Source of the DNA: Octopus bimaculoides
Taxonomy: Eukaryota
Direction: 5' to 3'
DNA: 64,000 nucleotides
Assembly (NCBI RefSeq): GCF_001194135.2
Contig: NC_068995.1
Span: 6,182,241 to 6,246,240 of the forward strand
Positions 40,791-55,537 of this stretch are shown one piece after another (the stretch's first letter is position 1; each line of letters opens with the position of its first letter). Made by a program: the position numbers and the translations under genes. The notes under the pieces were generated by a model. That model searched no databases. It was not told the DNA's origin and saw only the letters and a program-made list of their open reading frames with translations.

Positions 40791-41825
40791 GGATCCATGT
40801 GGAATCGGAAGCAAGCTTCATATCACACAGCCTCTCCTGTGCCTATAACGTCTTACCACACATCGAGACTTGCACCTATATATATATACAGGGGGGTGTA
40901 GACACGAGTTTAGCAATTATACCTCTATGCGACAAATGTGAATATATAACGTTTCTATATACACCATTGAAAACACCTGAACTACTTAAACTATGAGAAG
41001 TAATATACTATGCGAATAACAGATTTAATTACACCAGCTAAGCTGTGCCACCACCAGCACCACCACTTGAAATATAACCTGAGGCAATAAAACACTAAAA
41101 AAATACAGAGCGATAAAGAGTTTTACTAAATGTTCTTGAACAATGAAATTAAATAATGAAGTTCATAAGAATATGAAAGATATATTAAAAGATGAAGAAC
41201 TAAAATATTAAGCAAAAAAGCGCTGAAATTCTTAGACAATAAAACTAAAATGCCGAAATTATAAACAAATATGTGAATATCAAAGGATAAAATGAAGGCA
41301 GATATGACAAACAATTTGGAGAAGAAAAAAAAATCGTTATGAAACAGCAAAAACGAAATGTTTACTGCCTGCCTACACTAGCAGAAAGTTTATTTTCAAG
41401 TCAGCACTGACTGACTTCCAGCTTTCAGAGCCCCAATTAATATGATCAGCCAATTTGGCAAAGTATCGCAACAGACTACATCGGAGAAGGCCAATAGATA
41501 AAGAACAAAGAAAAAAAAAATAATAATAATTTGTACTTTATGCTGAGAAGCCATACTCGCATATAGCAATATGTGCCTTCATGAATATATATATATATAT
41601 ACACACACACATTAAGTGTGTCTGTGTGTTTGTGTGTAAAAGCAAACAAGGCTACAAACTCACAATGTATCGGAACGTTTAGAATCATATTTCGCAAAGT
41701 CGTCATCGTATTAGTAGCTATTATTGTAGTTTTTGTTATTCGTTTTCTCCCTCCTTGTCCCTTCACTTATATTATTTTTTTCTGTCGTTTATGTACGTAT
41801 GCATGTATATATGTATATACATATA

Positions 41826-41874
<49 letters not shown>

Positions 41875-42448
41875 GTATATAAATATATATGTGTGTGTGT
41901 GTGTATGTGTAGATGTATGTATTTTTTTTTAATTTGATATGTTTCTTTTATATTTCTGACATGGATATTCTTGTTTTTTTTCAGCGTATTTGTTCTTGTT
42001 TTTTTATTTTATTTTATTTATTTTTCCTTTGTTTTTGCTTTTTGTACTTTTACAATTTTTTGCAATTGTCGCAGTTATCATTTTTGCAGCTCTTGTTGTT
42101 GTTGTTATTGTCTAGTGGTGGGCGGATGGGCGCGGTTCGGGTGGTCGGAGACGGGTTTTTATTGATGCCTTCATTTATATATGTATTTATTGACATTTTT
42201 TTTCCTCGCATTTTTGATCTAGCTCTTTAGCTCTTTAACTTCACTTACCTCCTTATCTCAAGCATAAACACATACATTTATACACATACACAGACATACA
42301 CACCAAATATATACACATGCACACGCATATACACACACACAAATTCACATATATACAGATATTCAACCACACGTCTAATGATCTTTCATTTTTTTTAAGT
42401 TGCTCTCATTTTTCATTTCAATTTATATTTCTCCTATTTCTATTTTTA

Positions 42449-42520
<72 letters not shown>

Positions 42521-43667
42521 CAGTATTTGTTTCGCGGTGGAGGGGTGGTTCCAGTTTCCGGCTCATATACTACTCATGCAATTTTCTGAATATGCAGTTT
42601 CATATGCAATACAACCGTGGAATTCTCTTCGATTCTTTTGCAGCACTTTNNNNNNNNNNNNNNNNNNNNNNNNNNNNNNNNNNNNNNNNNNNNNNNNNNN
42701 NNNNNNNNNNNNNNNNNNNNNNNNNNNNNNNNNNNNNNNNNNNNNNNNNNNNNNNNNNNNNNNNNNNNNNNNNNNNNNNNNNNNNNNNNNNNNNNNNNNN
42801 NNNNNNNNNNNNNNNNNNNNNNNNNNNNNNNNNNNNNNNNNNNNNNNNNNNNNNNNNNNNNNNNNNNNNNNNNNNNNNNNNNNNNNNNNNNNNNNNNNNN
42901 NNNNNNNNNNNNNNNNNNNNNNNNNNNNNNNNNNNNNNNNNNNNNNNNNNNNNNNNNNNNNNNNNNNNNNNNNNNNNNNNNNNNNNNNNNNNNNNNNNNN
43001 NNNNNNNNNNNNNNNNNNNNNNNNNNNNNNNNNNNNNNNNNNNNNNNNNNNNNNNNNNNNNNNNNNNNNNNNNNNNNNNNNNNNNNNNNNNNNNNNNNNN
43101 NNNNNNNNNNNNNNNNNNNNNNNNNNNNNNNNNNNNNNNNNNNNNNNNNNNNNNNNNNNNNNNNNNNNNNNNNNNNNNNNNNNNNNNNNNNNNNNNNNNN
43201 NNNNNNNNNNNNNNNNNNNNNNNNNNNNNNNNNNNNNNNNNNNNNNNNNNNNNNNNNNNNNNNNNNNNNNNNNNNNNNNNNNNNNNNNNNNNNNNNNNNN
43301 NNNNNNNNNNNNNNNNNNNNNNNNNNNNNNNNNNNNNNNNNNNNNNNNNNNNNNNNNNNNNNNNNNNNNNNNNNNNNNNNNNNNNNNNNNNNNNNNNNNN
43401 NNNNNNNNNNNNNNNNNNNNNNNNNNNNNNNNNNNNNNNNNNNNNNNNNNNNNNNNNNNNNNNNNNNNNNNNNNNNNNNNNNNNNNNNNNNNNNNNNNNN
43501 NNNNNNNNNNNNNNNNNNNNNNNNNNNNNNNNNNNNNNNNNNNNNNNNNNNNNNNNNNNNNNNNNNNNNNNNNNNNNNNNNNNNNNNNNNNNNNNNNNNN
43601 NNNNNNNNNNNNNNNNNNNNNATATATATATATATATATATATATAAGGTTAATCTTCTGGGACATT

Positions 43668-43771
43668 TTTTATTCTTTTACTTGTTTCAGTCATTAGACT
43701 ACGGCCTTGCTGGGGTATCGCACTGAAGAATTTTAGTCGAACGAATCGATCCCAGCGCTCATCTTGTAAGC
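43668..43771 (-). mobile_element. SINE type 2 3' tail fragment
   Basis: tattcttttacttgtttcagtcattagact...ttttagtcgaacgaatcgatccc matches 34381-34460. Confidence 0.7.
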
Positions 43772-44497
43772 AGCTGTAAATTATTCAGTCCGTCTCTTTT
43801 ATGGAACTGTGTAGGATACTCTACACAGTTTCACGCTTCCATTAACTGCTTGTAATTATATGAATCTATAACAATAGTCCGCCCGCAGATCTGTTTTCCA
43901 AGATGGTTGCTTGTAATTTGAAGGATATTCGGTGCTATTTCCGAAATCCTAACGCAGCTCTCAATGACTGTTTTGTCTAAGAGGTCTTCCCTCTATTGAT
44001 CATTATATATAATAGTTGTTTCTTCTAACGATTCCTACTTTTAATGATTCTTACCTTTGAGGGTTCCCTACTTTGTTTCCTATCTCTAATGAGTCTCACC
44101 TCAGCTGGCTGTTATCTCAGATTATTCCTCCCTCTGATAGTTGTTACCTCTAATTACTTTTCCCTGTGATGGACGTCAATTTAATAGATATTGTGTGATT
44201 GTGTACACCATATCTTGAAATCATATTAGCTTTGTTTCTTTCATGTAATACATGTTCCTATATCTGCCATCTATTGCATTCACTGAAAGGTTTTTTTTAG
44301 TATTTTCTCTTTTATTCTTTATCATTTTTCATGTGTTTGAAGGGAGACCGTCAGAAGTATTATCATGCATCTCCTATTTAATAAGGGCCGCCACGCCAAT
44401 TGAATGTCCATAATGTCGAACACTTTCTAAACGTTCAATCGAAGATCTTACTAACAATTTTTCATTTCTATTTTTTTCCTTGTTTTTATATTGCCAG

Positions 44498-44526
44498 CAG
44501 AATGAAATCTTGAGTGCAACCAATCG
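44498..44526 (+). CDS. Candidate microexon (QNEILSATNR) with NAGNAG acceptor
   Basis: A ~30-nt polypyrimidine tract, then ccag|cag|, and a donor CG|gtgagt. Only phase 0 to 2 is open. Confidence 0.3.
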
Positions 44527-46384
44527 GTGAGTAACGCTTGCCTTGCTGGAATAAGTGACCGGATTTTGAGATACGTACGCCTCAGCAGTCTTTACCCCAT
44601 TAGATGTTCCTAGTTCGAATCCAGAACGTAATGTGTAAACATCTTAGAAAAAACTTTATCTAAACGATGTATAGATATAAATTTTACATCGTTGGTGATA
44701 ATTTGACAGCTTTAATATTGATACATTGTGGAAAGATTTCAAATTGATAGACTGTGGAAATATTTTACAGGTTCAAATGTTTCAAATATATTTGAGCCGA
44801 TGTTAATTTTTTTATTTTTTTGTTAGTGCTTGGCGGACCTACCTCTTTTTCCCATGCACGCACGCACGTATACACTCACACACAACACACACACATACGC
44901 ACACGCTTGCTGAATTTACTCAGCAAAAGTATTTAATACAGAGGTAGAATATTGCTATTTATATAGCGCTCACACAATTCTGAATCATAATTCTCGAGAA
45001 ACAAAGGAAAACCATCCGGGAGGTGTGGAGATATTCATGAACCACAGAATAACTAAACGCTAAAATATTGAACAAACAGAACAGTACATAACTTTTAAGA
45101 ATAGATTAATTCCATTTTGAAACATAAAAACCAACAGAAAACCAACAGAGGTAAATATGTTTTCACAAAACGTATAAAGCGATGTTGGTATATTTCTACA
45201 CTTCGAGAGCAAATGGTCTCACGGATCAAAGTATCAGTAGTGAATCGTTATGGAGACGAACAATTTAGCTTCTTCACTCAGATATGAAATACGAGATTAA
45301 GAAATCCACAAAATATCATATATACTAACAACAAGGAACTAAACGACAAAGTTATAGAACAATAAAATGACAAATGCAATACGATGAATACATTAGAAAC
45401 AGATCTTTCTGAACATACACAAGCCATACGTTATGTATTGGATGACCCATGCAGAATAAGTATACAATAGATGAATGCATTATTAAAAACCTCGTGAAAC
45501 ACAACACAAAACACATCGCATTAAACCATAAATTAACTCTTATAATATATACGTTCGGTGGAGTAAGTGAATATTCAACATCTTTATAAATTTGCCACAA
45601 AAGCAGTTTAAAGTTTTCCAAAAAATATTGATCTGTTAGCTTCGTATTTTTTGCTAAATCGAAAATTAATTACACATTTCATTACGTATTTAACTGAAGT
45701 GTTATTGTCTCGTAGGTGTTAATATATTGAAGCAAGAAGACAATTGAATTTATTTTATTATATCTTTTTAATTTATAGATTATAAATTTGATTGCTTAGG
45801 CGGGTGTTTGGCTCAACAATGGTTGAGATCATCTGTAACCATCTCTCGCTTGTTTACTGACCCGCCAGTTATAACTTCAACGTGAAAGTCTGGGAATTAA
45901 GCTCTATTTGTTGCATGGATTAAGATATGATTCTAAAGAGACCAATTTTTGAAATGTTGCTGTGTATGTCCTTCCTCCACCAAACTAGACATACAGCAAA
46001 ATCAGGAAAATTGAATATCACTTTTTTAAAAATAGATCAACGAACATAAAACTATGGACCTGCTAATAATGTCTAATCTGGGTTGAAATTTGTATTACGA
46101 ACAATAATGTTGAAGCCTTCGTGATTCCAACTGTATTGCTGGTCATACAACTACAGCAGTCCAACACCGCTCTTTATGCATTTACAACAAGGACTAACAA
46201 TTATGCATCACACTCCAATGCACAAAACAAATCCAGATAAGAAAACATTAGGGGACAACACATAAATACTTTTATGGAACTCCTAACAAATATGGCTCTT
46301 TAATAATAAAAGTAACATATATAACACAACACAATAAGCAGAGTTAACAGAGTTAGAAGCAAAAAATTAAGCAGCTGTCTGATG

Positions 46385-46690
46385 AGGTATAGAGATCTCC
46401 TTCAGTCACGAACGAGCGTGGAATTATAGCTAAAAAGTCTCCCTCCGAGACACATGTCCGGGCAAGGCTGTTTGTGAAAGATCAACAGTCGCCCATGCAT
46501 ACCAGTCTCCTCTCTCCATACCACCGTTGTGTTTCAAGCGAAAGGCAAATATAGCTTGCCGCTAGTAACTTCGCACCTCACTTTTACTAGTTTTGTGAAC
46601 TGAAACCATTTGAAATAAAGTGCCTTGCTCAAGAACACAAAACACAGCCCTGTCCAGTTTTCAAACTCAGAACCTCACGATTGTAAGATC
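46385..46690 (-). mobile_element. SINE type 3 copy
   Basis: Reverse complement of 57893-58220: ccgggcaaggctgtttgtgaaagatcaacagtcgcccatgcataccagtctcc and gtgccttgctcaagaacacaa. Confidence 0.8.
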
Positions 46691-47905
46691 GACTTTGTAA
46701 CTATGTAACTACTGGTCCAAGTACCTTTACACGTGTAAAATATATATTCCATACGTAATGTGTGCACCAATCACATTAGTCCTGCTTATAATTAAGGGGA
46801 GATAATAACCCAACAACACTTCATCCTGATGATGAGGATACAAAATCTGGAATATTTGTAGATCGATTTAGAAACTGTACAGAAAAGAACACAAGAAAAA
46901 TATGGAAAAAAAAAGTACTTAAAAAAGACAAAATCCGAACTGGCGGTAGGTTTCATGTAACAGAAAAAAACTTTATATGGATGTATATATGACATTTGAG
47001 TAAAACATTTTCTCAAATATATACACATGGCCCGAAATACTAACACATAAAAAGTCAGGAACGAAGGTATACATACTAACAAGCGGTAAATACAGAAATG
47101 AAAGATGAAAAATACACCTACGAATTCCATAATACAGTTGGTATTTAAACACAGTTGCCGATGGTGAACTATGAAAAGAAATGTCTGTCTACCTAGCTCC
47201 TTGTGTGTGTGTGTGTGTACATGTGTGTGTGTGTGTACATGTGTGTGTGTATGTGTGATCAAGGAAAATTTCAAAAGTAACTTGTAAGTCTCAGCTTTCT
47301 TCCCAGGCATCGGTCTGGTGAGAGCAAGTAAACGTGAGCTTCGAGTCACTCTCAAACTTCTAAACATGGATAAATATATGGTTCTCTATAGAAAAGTATT
47401 GAGTTATCCCAAATATAATCTTATGCATTTTATATATATATGAAGTTTACATAAAAAACCTGAAACACACCAAAATACTATATGCAGTTGTCTATTCATA
47501 TATNNNNNNNNNNNNNNNNNNNNNNNNNNNNNNNNNNNNNNNNNNNNNNNNNNNNNNNNNNNNNNNNNNNNNNNNNNNNNNNNNNNNNNNNNNNNNNNNN
47601 NNNNNNNNNNNNNNNNNNNNNNNNNNNNNNNNNNNNNNNNNNNNNNNNNNNNNNNNNNNNNNNNNNNNNNNNNNNNNNNNNNNNNNNNNNNNNNNNNNNN
47701 NNNNNNNNNNNNNNNNNNNNNNNNNNNNNNNNNNNNNNNNNNNNNNNNNNNNNNNNNNNNNNNNNNNNNNNNNNNNNNNNNNNNNNNNNNNNNNNNNNNN
47801 NNNNNNNNNNNNNNNNNNNNNNNNNNNNNNNNNNNNNNNNNNNNNNNNNNNNNNNNNNNNNNNNNNNNNNNNNNNNNNNNNNNNNNNNNNNNNNNNNNNN
47901 NNNNN

Positions 47906-47946
<41 letters not shown>

Positions 47947-48007
47947 AAATATCATTGCGTCTATCTAAGTCGCTATCTAACAAGCCTATCCATTTCTTTC
48001 TGTGCAG

Positions 48008-48027
48008 CAGATAATGAATTGCACCGA
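48008..48027 (+). CDS. Candidate microexon (20 nt) with NAGNAG acceptor
   Basis: ccatttctttctgtgcag|cag|ataatgaattgcaccga|gtaagt, with consensus splice signals on both sides. Confidence 0.25.
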
Positions 48028-48329
48028 GTAAGTTGCGTTGCTCGTGGTAAATGTTGATTAAAGGAAATTCTCCGCTCGCTTCACTATCGAGATTACGAAA
48101 TCTCATTTGTAAGAGGCTCACACAGATTCCTGCTTGCTCTAATAGCTAAGACATCAATCTCTCTAATGAGTAGAGAACTTTGAAGAAAGTTGCTGTGGAG
48201 AGAGAATGGAAGGCTTCAGGGTGTTTTCCTCGGATAATAATTAAGTAGGGTACCCCGTGGGAATTAGGCAGTTTGTAAGTTGAATGTAGGAAGACGAATA
48301 AAAAAGATGCAATGTTCGGAAAGCAATCT

Positions 48330-48775
48330 CTATTGAATGTTGCTGTTGTTGCTGTTGTTGTTCTTTGTTATGGTGGTGATGGTGGTGCTGTTGGTGCTGG
48401 TGTTGGTGGTCGTGGTTGCGGTGCTGGCGGTAGTGGTGATGGTGTTGATATTGAGAGAGGTGGTGTTGGGGATGGTGATCAGAGCGACGTTGGTGATGGA
48501 GGCGATGTTGGTGGGGTGGTGATGGTGGTGGTGGTGGTGGTTCAGATTTACTAGTAGTAGTAACAGTGATTGTGGTGTCGATTCAGACGATGGTGGTGGA
48601 AGTGATGTTTGTGGTAATGGTGGTGGCGGCGGAGGTGGAAAAGTTGATGGTGGTGGTGTTTTAAANNNNNNNNNNGGTGGTGGTGGTGGTGCTGGTGGTG
48701 GTGCTGGTGATGGTGATGATGATGATGATGGTGGTGGTGGTAGTGGTGGTGGTGCTGGTGGTGCTGGCAGTAACG
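48330..48775. repeat. Degenerate (GGT/GAT/GCT)n low-complexity region
   Basis: Interrupted trinucleotide runs with an internal 10-N gap. Confidence 0.85.
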
Positions 48776-49109
48776 GTATCGTCGCAGTTATTCAATGTCG
48801 ATATTTACTAATTTCATTTTATATTCAAATTTCAATTCACAATAGAATCTTCGTTGCCTTTCATCCTCGTGGGATCGATAAAATTGTTGGTGTCAAGTAC
48901 AGAGCAGAGAGCTTCAATTAAACCTACAGTATGACACGAGCAATATACGTGGTCTTACGCTATTAGAGAATAAAATGGATGCGTTCAAATCCCTCCTGGG
49001 TCGGCTTCGTTATTCTTCCAAGATGGATAAAATAAATACCAATAAATTAATGAAGTTCTTAACAAAGACTTCTCTGATTCATTCTTCCACAGTCCTTGAA
49101 GTAAATATT

Positions 49110-49435
49110 CTTTTCTGCTCTAGGACCAACGCCTGAAACTTGGAGTGGGTGGGGAGGAGGCTAGTCGATTCGATCGACGTCAATACCTGATTGGTACTTA
49201 ATTTATCGACCCCGAAAGGATGAAAGGCAAAGTCGACTTCGGCGGAATTTGAACTCAGAACGTAGAGACAGACGAAATACCGCTATGCATTTCACCCGGC
49301 GTGCTGACGTTTCTTACTTCTTCACTACCCACTAGGAGCCACACACAGAGGGGGACAAACAAGGCTACACAAACGGATTAAGTCGATTATATCGACCTCG
49401 GTGCGTAACTGGTACTTATTCAATCGACCTCGAAA
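49110..49435 (-). mobile_element. Two adjacent SINE type 1 copies
   Basis: The first copy has ggtacttaatttatcgaccccgaaaggatgaaaggcaaagtcgacttcggcggaatttgaactcagaacg (B box gttcaaattcc on the minus strand). The second repeats aagtcgattatatcgacc...actggtactta with a different 3' part. Confidence 0.85.
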
Positions 49436-50280
49436 TCAGAAATCATATTTAAATATTTATCCAGAATTTTAGGGGAATGACCAAACTTTTTTCTTCATTT
49501 CCAGTCTTATATACTATCATGATTTTTGATGAGTTTATTTTACTAACTATTATAACTATTATATTTGTCCGAAAGTAATTATCTTCTGGTAGTTGTAAGG
49601 GTACTGGGAACGTTAATAATCAGATTTGAGAAATTTATTGGAGAAATTGGGATTGACATGAGGGTAGATTGACATGCCCAGAAAGCTGTTTTTTTTTTGG
49701 GGGGGGGGCACTGACGACCTTGATATTGGTACTTGAATGTTAAGCATCGTGGAATGAGACCCTGTGAGACCCTCGACAAGTTGTCCGCTCTTACGGATTT
49801 AGCCGAAATCAAGAGCTCTGAGAAGTGAAATGGCAATAATAATAGGTTTCTAAAATAAAGACAATGTCATACATTTAGAAGTGGATTATTTGATTTAACC
49901 GAATAAGCATTATCTTTTATGGAACCCAGATTAAGGATCAAACTGAAAAATAAAATAATAAAATAAAATAAAAATTAAGGATCCGTCTTCAGGTCCGAAC
50001 GTAATAAAACTTAACTAAATGCCACAGCATAATTGCTAACGCGCGTGCTTAATCAATTCTTCAATCCACCACAATTCGACTCAACAGCAACAAGAACAAC
50101 ATTATTATCTGACATGACAGAAGTCTAAATATAAACACTGCGAAAAATAATTACTCTTTTACCAACACGAAATGCGTTTCTATTGTAAACCAAATAAATG
50201 TTGCAGATTTTCTCCTTCTCTTCGTCTTCATTATCTATTTCGTCTCTTACTCTTTCCTTATCTTTCGTTTCTTCCTCATC

Positions 50281-50324
<44 letters not shown>

Positions 50325-52572
50325 GAGCTTCCCATTATTCATACTTGTACTACTCCCCTCTCACTCCCACTTCTGCTGTTCATTCACTTTATTTCGCTTT
50401 ATATTTTTGTGTTAGGATTTTCCTGTTTGTATCTTTCCTCATCGCCGCTATTCTCATCACCACCACCCACCATCACTAACACCGCCCTCATCATCATTAA
50501 CATTACTCCTCCTCCTCCTCCTCTCCCTCACCATCATCATCGTCATCACCTCCCCACCCGTTATCATCAACCCCACCCAGTCATTATCAGCATCGTCAAC
50601 GCCATATTCACTATAAACACTAGGTTTTTTTTTGGTTTTTTTTTTGTTTTTTTAGTTCTAATCAAGCAAAATGGATTTTAAATTTATTGCAAAAATCTGA
50701 TTAGCAAACAATTTTTTTATTCAGTACGTTAATCAATGAAGGAAATAACATAACAATAACAAAAACAGTTTTAGCTATGAGGGGAGGAGGACTTTGTAAT
50801 TTTTTTTACAGGATATTTTCTTTTGTAATATTTCTTCTTGTGTTTTTTCTATTCGCTTTACGGCTTTTGGTTTTCGTTTTACGATTTTGTTTTTGGTTTG
50901 TGTTTTACATTTTTCTGTGTTTTTGAATGTATTTTTTTCGTAATTCACTTTTGTTTTGCTTTAATTTCTATCGTCTGTTGATAGAAACTTGTATTTCTCA
51001 TCATTTGTTGGTTTACATTATTTGTCTTTGCTATTGTTGGTGTATTTTTCTTGTGTTCTTTCTGATATTGTTATTTTTCTTTTAGTGTTTTATAACGGTG
51101 GTACTGTTTGCGTCGTTGATTTTGTTCATGTGAGAAAGATAATGATAACTGCTTTCCTGCTGTTGCTGTTGGTGATGACGGTGGATATTGCTGCTGTTGG
51201 TGATGACGGTGGATATTGCTGCTGTTGTTGCTGTGGGTTTTTTTAAACTACAATCTGAATCAGTAGTCTTATGATGAAAGGTATATTCCAACCGTGACCA
51301 CCTCATTTATTTGCTAATTTGTCTAGAAGTTGCTACTAACTTTCATCGATTTAATGTTGCTTGCATTTTAGATCTATGATCATTATATTTAATGATAATG
51401 AAGTAATAATGACAAAGTAGTGGTTCCATATTTTCAACTACTACATTCGTTTTATCGAGAGAAGTATCAAGTTCTCTGTGTGGGTGTATATAGAAAGTTT
51501 CAGATTTTTCTGGGAGGATGACACGCTACCGAATATGATGAGATCAGTAAGCAGTGTCGCATTCGACTCCCACATTTATACAGTTAATACCGACGAAACG
51601 TCCAATCGATTTGCCCAAGGCGTCAATAGGCTTGTCGAAACGCACGTTTGTTATAAGCTGAAAAATATCAACAATCTTTTCGGAACTTTTCACTAACGTA
51701 TAACTAGCTAGATGCGCCCACAGGTGTAGACATACACATATATACATAATGTATTGGAAGCACAATTGTGTCATAGTTTTATTTTCCTTTAACAATTTTA
51801 CACATTTTCTTACAAGACCTTTGTAAATTCTTTAATCTTTACAGTCTCATCTTCAATAAGGAGTTACGTTGAAGTATGTTGTTCCCGTTTTATTGTTTGT
51901 AGGCAAGGAAATATGATTGGTTTAGATATTGCTGTTGGAATTTTTCTTTGCGACTGGTGTATTACCTTTGTATATATTCTGGAATACATGCACTCATTCC
52001 AAAGATGAATAAACATATTGTGCATGAAATAAACCTTCAAAACACCAAGTGATGCTCGTTTTGTCCAAATAAATCACTTCCTCCTCACTAGCAGTGTATG
52101 GTTGTCACGAGATATGGCTAACGAATTTTGAAAACTTGCTGTTCCAAAAAACTGCAAGGAATTCATATGGTATACCAAAACATTATTTATCAAAAATAAT
52201 TACAGACGAAAGCGATCTATCAAAGAAGGTTGTTCTTTGTTTCAAAGTGTCCCTGCCGTAGGGGGGGGGGCAGTGAGAACAGCTAAGGACTCCCTCATAT
52301 CCGTTGGTAAGTAATGCTACTGCGAATTAGAGTACACTTCAGAACGATAGAGTTTTTAGATATGGTCCCACTTTCGTGAAAACGCAAGATCTCTCGAAAC
52401 ACGGACTAATTATAGGATGCAGTTTAAAGTCATGACCTGGACAAACATACATATGTTCATACACACACACTCACACACACGTATATGCGTGTATGTGTGT
52501 GTGTGTTTTCGTACGTCTGTTTGAGCGTATGTAAGTGTGTCTCTGTAAGCATATATATGTGTGAGTGTATAC

Positions 52573-52617
<45 letters not shown>

Positions 52618-53156
52618 TGTATGTTTGTATGTATGATTATAATCTCCAAATATTTTTCAATTGGTGTAGTTTGCTGTGATTTTACAGCCTCAAACGTTTG
52701 CACAGAAATCATAAACGACTTCGCGATTATGCACCCCCAACACGGTTATATATATATATATATANNNNNNNNNNTATTATTACTATTATTATTACTATTA
52801 TTATTATTATTATCATTATTATTATTATACAAGCTGATGCATATCTGTGTGATATACACGTATATGTATGTAATACACGTGTACGTGTGTACATTTATAT
52901 ATAATTGTATTTCTATTCGTATGAATATTTATGTTTATGTATGTAAGAATATAATTACGTAATTATATATACATATACACTGAGTGATGTGTAGGAAAAT
53001 AATTTTATGTAATACTCTGAAAATTTTCAGTATGAAGCCAGTGGAATATATGTGTGAGCGTACATACTCACACACAAACCCACCCATACGCACGCACACA
53101 CTGGCACAAACACACACGTGCGTTTGTGTATGTGTGTCTAAAAAAATTAAGTACAG

Positions 53157-53195
<39 letters not shown>

Positions 53196-53432
53196 GTTCA
53201 AACACATCAGTACAAATACATACCTGTATTTGAATATATATGTGTGTATGTATGTACGTACAGTTGTATTTAAATCCGTAAGTTTAAAAGTAAGTATATG
53301 TATATATATNNNNNNNNNNNNNNNNNNNNNNNNNNNNNNNNNNNNNNNNNNNNNNNNNNNNNNNNNNNNNNNNNNNNNNNNNNNNNNNNNNNNNNNNNNN
53401 NNNNNNNNNNNNNNNNNNNNNNNNNNNNNNNN

Positions 53433-53479
<47 letters not shown>

Positions 53480-54836
53480 CATGCATATTTCTCCATAGAT
53501 ACACACACATACACACGCAGAAACACACACATACGTACACGCATACTTACATGCATATATAGATTTGAAAACACACTGGAACATATAACCACAGTTCTTT
53601 GTTACTATTATCTATATGTGCCACCAATCATGCATATATACACACATACACAAACACACACACACACACACACACGTATCCACAATAATTCCTCGTCGTA
53701 ACTGCTATTGTTTGTCAACATTGACGTTGATGTGGTTTAAAAAAAGTATTAAAAATAATGTGCAGTGTTGGAGATTGGACAAGATGCAACACGAAAATTA
53801 CACGAACCTCAACAAACATAAATATCATCTACATATATATATATATANNNNNNNNNNNNNNNNNNNNNNNNNNNNNNNNNNNNNNNNNNNNNNNNNNNNN
53901 NNNNNNNNNNNNNNNNNNNNNNNNNNNNNNNNNNNNNNNNNNNNNNNNNNNNNNNNNNNNNNNNNNNNNNNNNNNNNNNNNNNNNNNNNNNNNNNNNNNN
54001 NNNNNNNNNNNNNNNNNNNNNNNNNNNNNNNNNNNNNNNNNNNNNNNNNNNNNNNNNNNNNNNNNNNNNNNNNNNNNNNNNNNNNNNNNNNNNNNNNNNN
54101 NNNNNNNNNNNNNNNNNNNNNNNNNNNNNNNNNNNNNNNNNNNNNNNNNNNNNNNNNNNNNNNNNNNNNNNNNNNNNNNNNNNNNNNNNNNNNNNNNNNN
54201 NNNNNNNNNNNNNNNNNNNNNNNNNNNNNNNNNNNNNNNNNNNNNNNNNNNNNNNNNNNNNNNNNNNNNNNNNNNNNNNNNNNNNNNNNNNNNNNNNNNN
54301 NNNNNNNNNNNNNNNNNNNNNNNNNNNNNNNNNNNNNNNNNNNNNNNNNNNNNNNNNNNNNNNNNNNNNNNNNNNNNNNNNNNNNNNNNNNNNNNNNNNN
54401 NNNNNNNNNNNNNNNNNNNNNNNNNNNNNNNNNNNNNNNNNNNNNNNNNNNNNNNNNNNNNNNNNNNNNNNNNNNNNNNNNNNNNNNNNNNNNNNNNNNN
54501 NNNNNNNNNNNNNNNNNNNNNNNNNNAACACACATGCAACAAAGAATTATTTCGACAAATGTAATTTGATTTACTAAAATTACCAATTACTGGGAAAATA
54601 CGTTCACACACTTTTTCTCTACCTCTCAGTTTCTCTGTGTCTCTCACACCCCCTCTCACTCTCACTCTCTCTGCCTTTCTCTTTCTCTCTGACTCTCTCC
54701 CCCCCCCCTCTATATTCCAAACTGTTTCTCTCTCTCCCTCTACATTTTACTCATTCTCTTCATTATGACGTACTCTTTGCTATTGATTTATACCATGGAC
54801 ATTGATGTAAAACTGGATAGGGAAGAGTCTGGGCGT

Positions 54837-54884
54837 GGAGTGGCCTACTGGAATGGAGTGGCCTAGTGGAAAGGAGTGGCGAAC
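54837..54884. repeat. 18-bp tandem repeat, ~2.5 units
   Basis: ggagtggcctactggaat / ggagtggcctagtggaaa / ggagtggcgaac. Confidence 0.75.
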
Positions 54885-55431
54885 TACAGTGTTCCGTAAT
54901 GCAGTTGATCGTTGTACACAGTTGTGCGATATTAGTTTGTAGTGTTATTGTTTTTGTTGTGTAGTACATTATAATTTTAGGCTCATCCGGTTAGTATACT
55001 ATATTAGTGTCACTCTGGTTGTGGTAAACAAATTCTGAGGCGAGCTGAACAGCAAAAGCTCTTGAGAGGAAAAACACTCGTGACGCAACTGGTTCGGTCC
55101 TTCACATCTTTCACTCTGAGGGCACCAGTTCGCACTCTCATCATGCTTCCTGGGTACCTTTGTACTGCCAGGTTCTCTGCTACTGTCTGCATTGCAATCT
55201 TCCTGGAGGATAAAGGAGCCCAAAAGCCAGGGTAACTTGAGTGTTTCAATCAGTTCAGTCTAAGATTCCAGTTGAATGTAGGCTAAATTATACCTTTTGA
55301 TAATCCATTTCCATCAATCCTCGATCTGATCCGGTGGTAACACTTACAAGCTGTTTCTGCCTTAAACTTAAAAAAACCTGGTTCTTTAGTAATTGAAAGC
55401 CATTTAATTTGACGCCGATAGAATAAGGCAT

Positions 55432-55537
55432 AAGAGACCGATAGAATACGTACATGGCTTCCAAAGAATTTTCTCGACTAAAGGCGGTGCTCCAGCATGG
55501 CTGCAGTCAAATGACTGAAACACGTAAAAGAGTAATA
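55432..55537 (+). mobile_element. SINE type 2 3' fragment
   Basis: aagagaccgatagaata...ctcgactaaaggcggtgctccagcatggctgcagtcaaatgactgaaacacgtaaaagagtaa. Confidence 0.85.

Noticed and set aside
48312-48775. Gly-rich protein
   Set aside because: Degenerate GGT microsatellite with stops and a gap.
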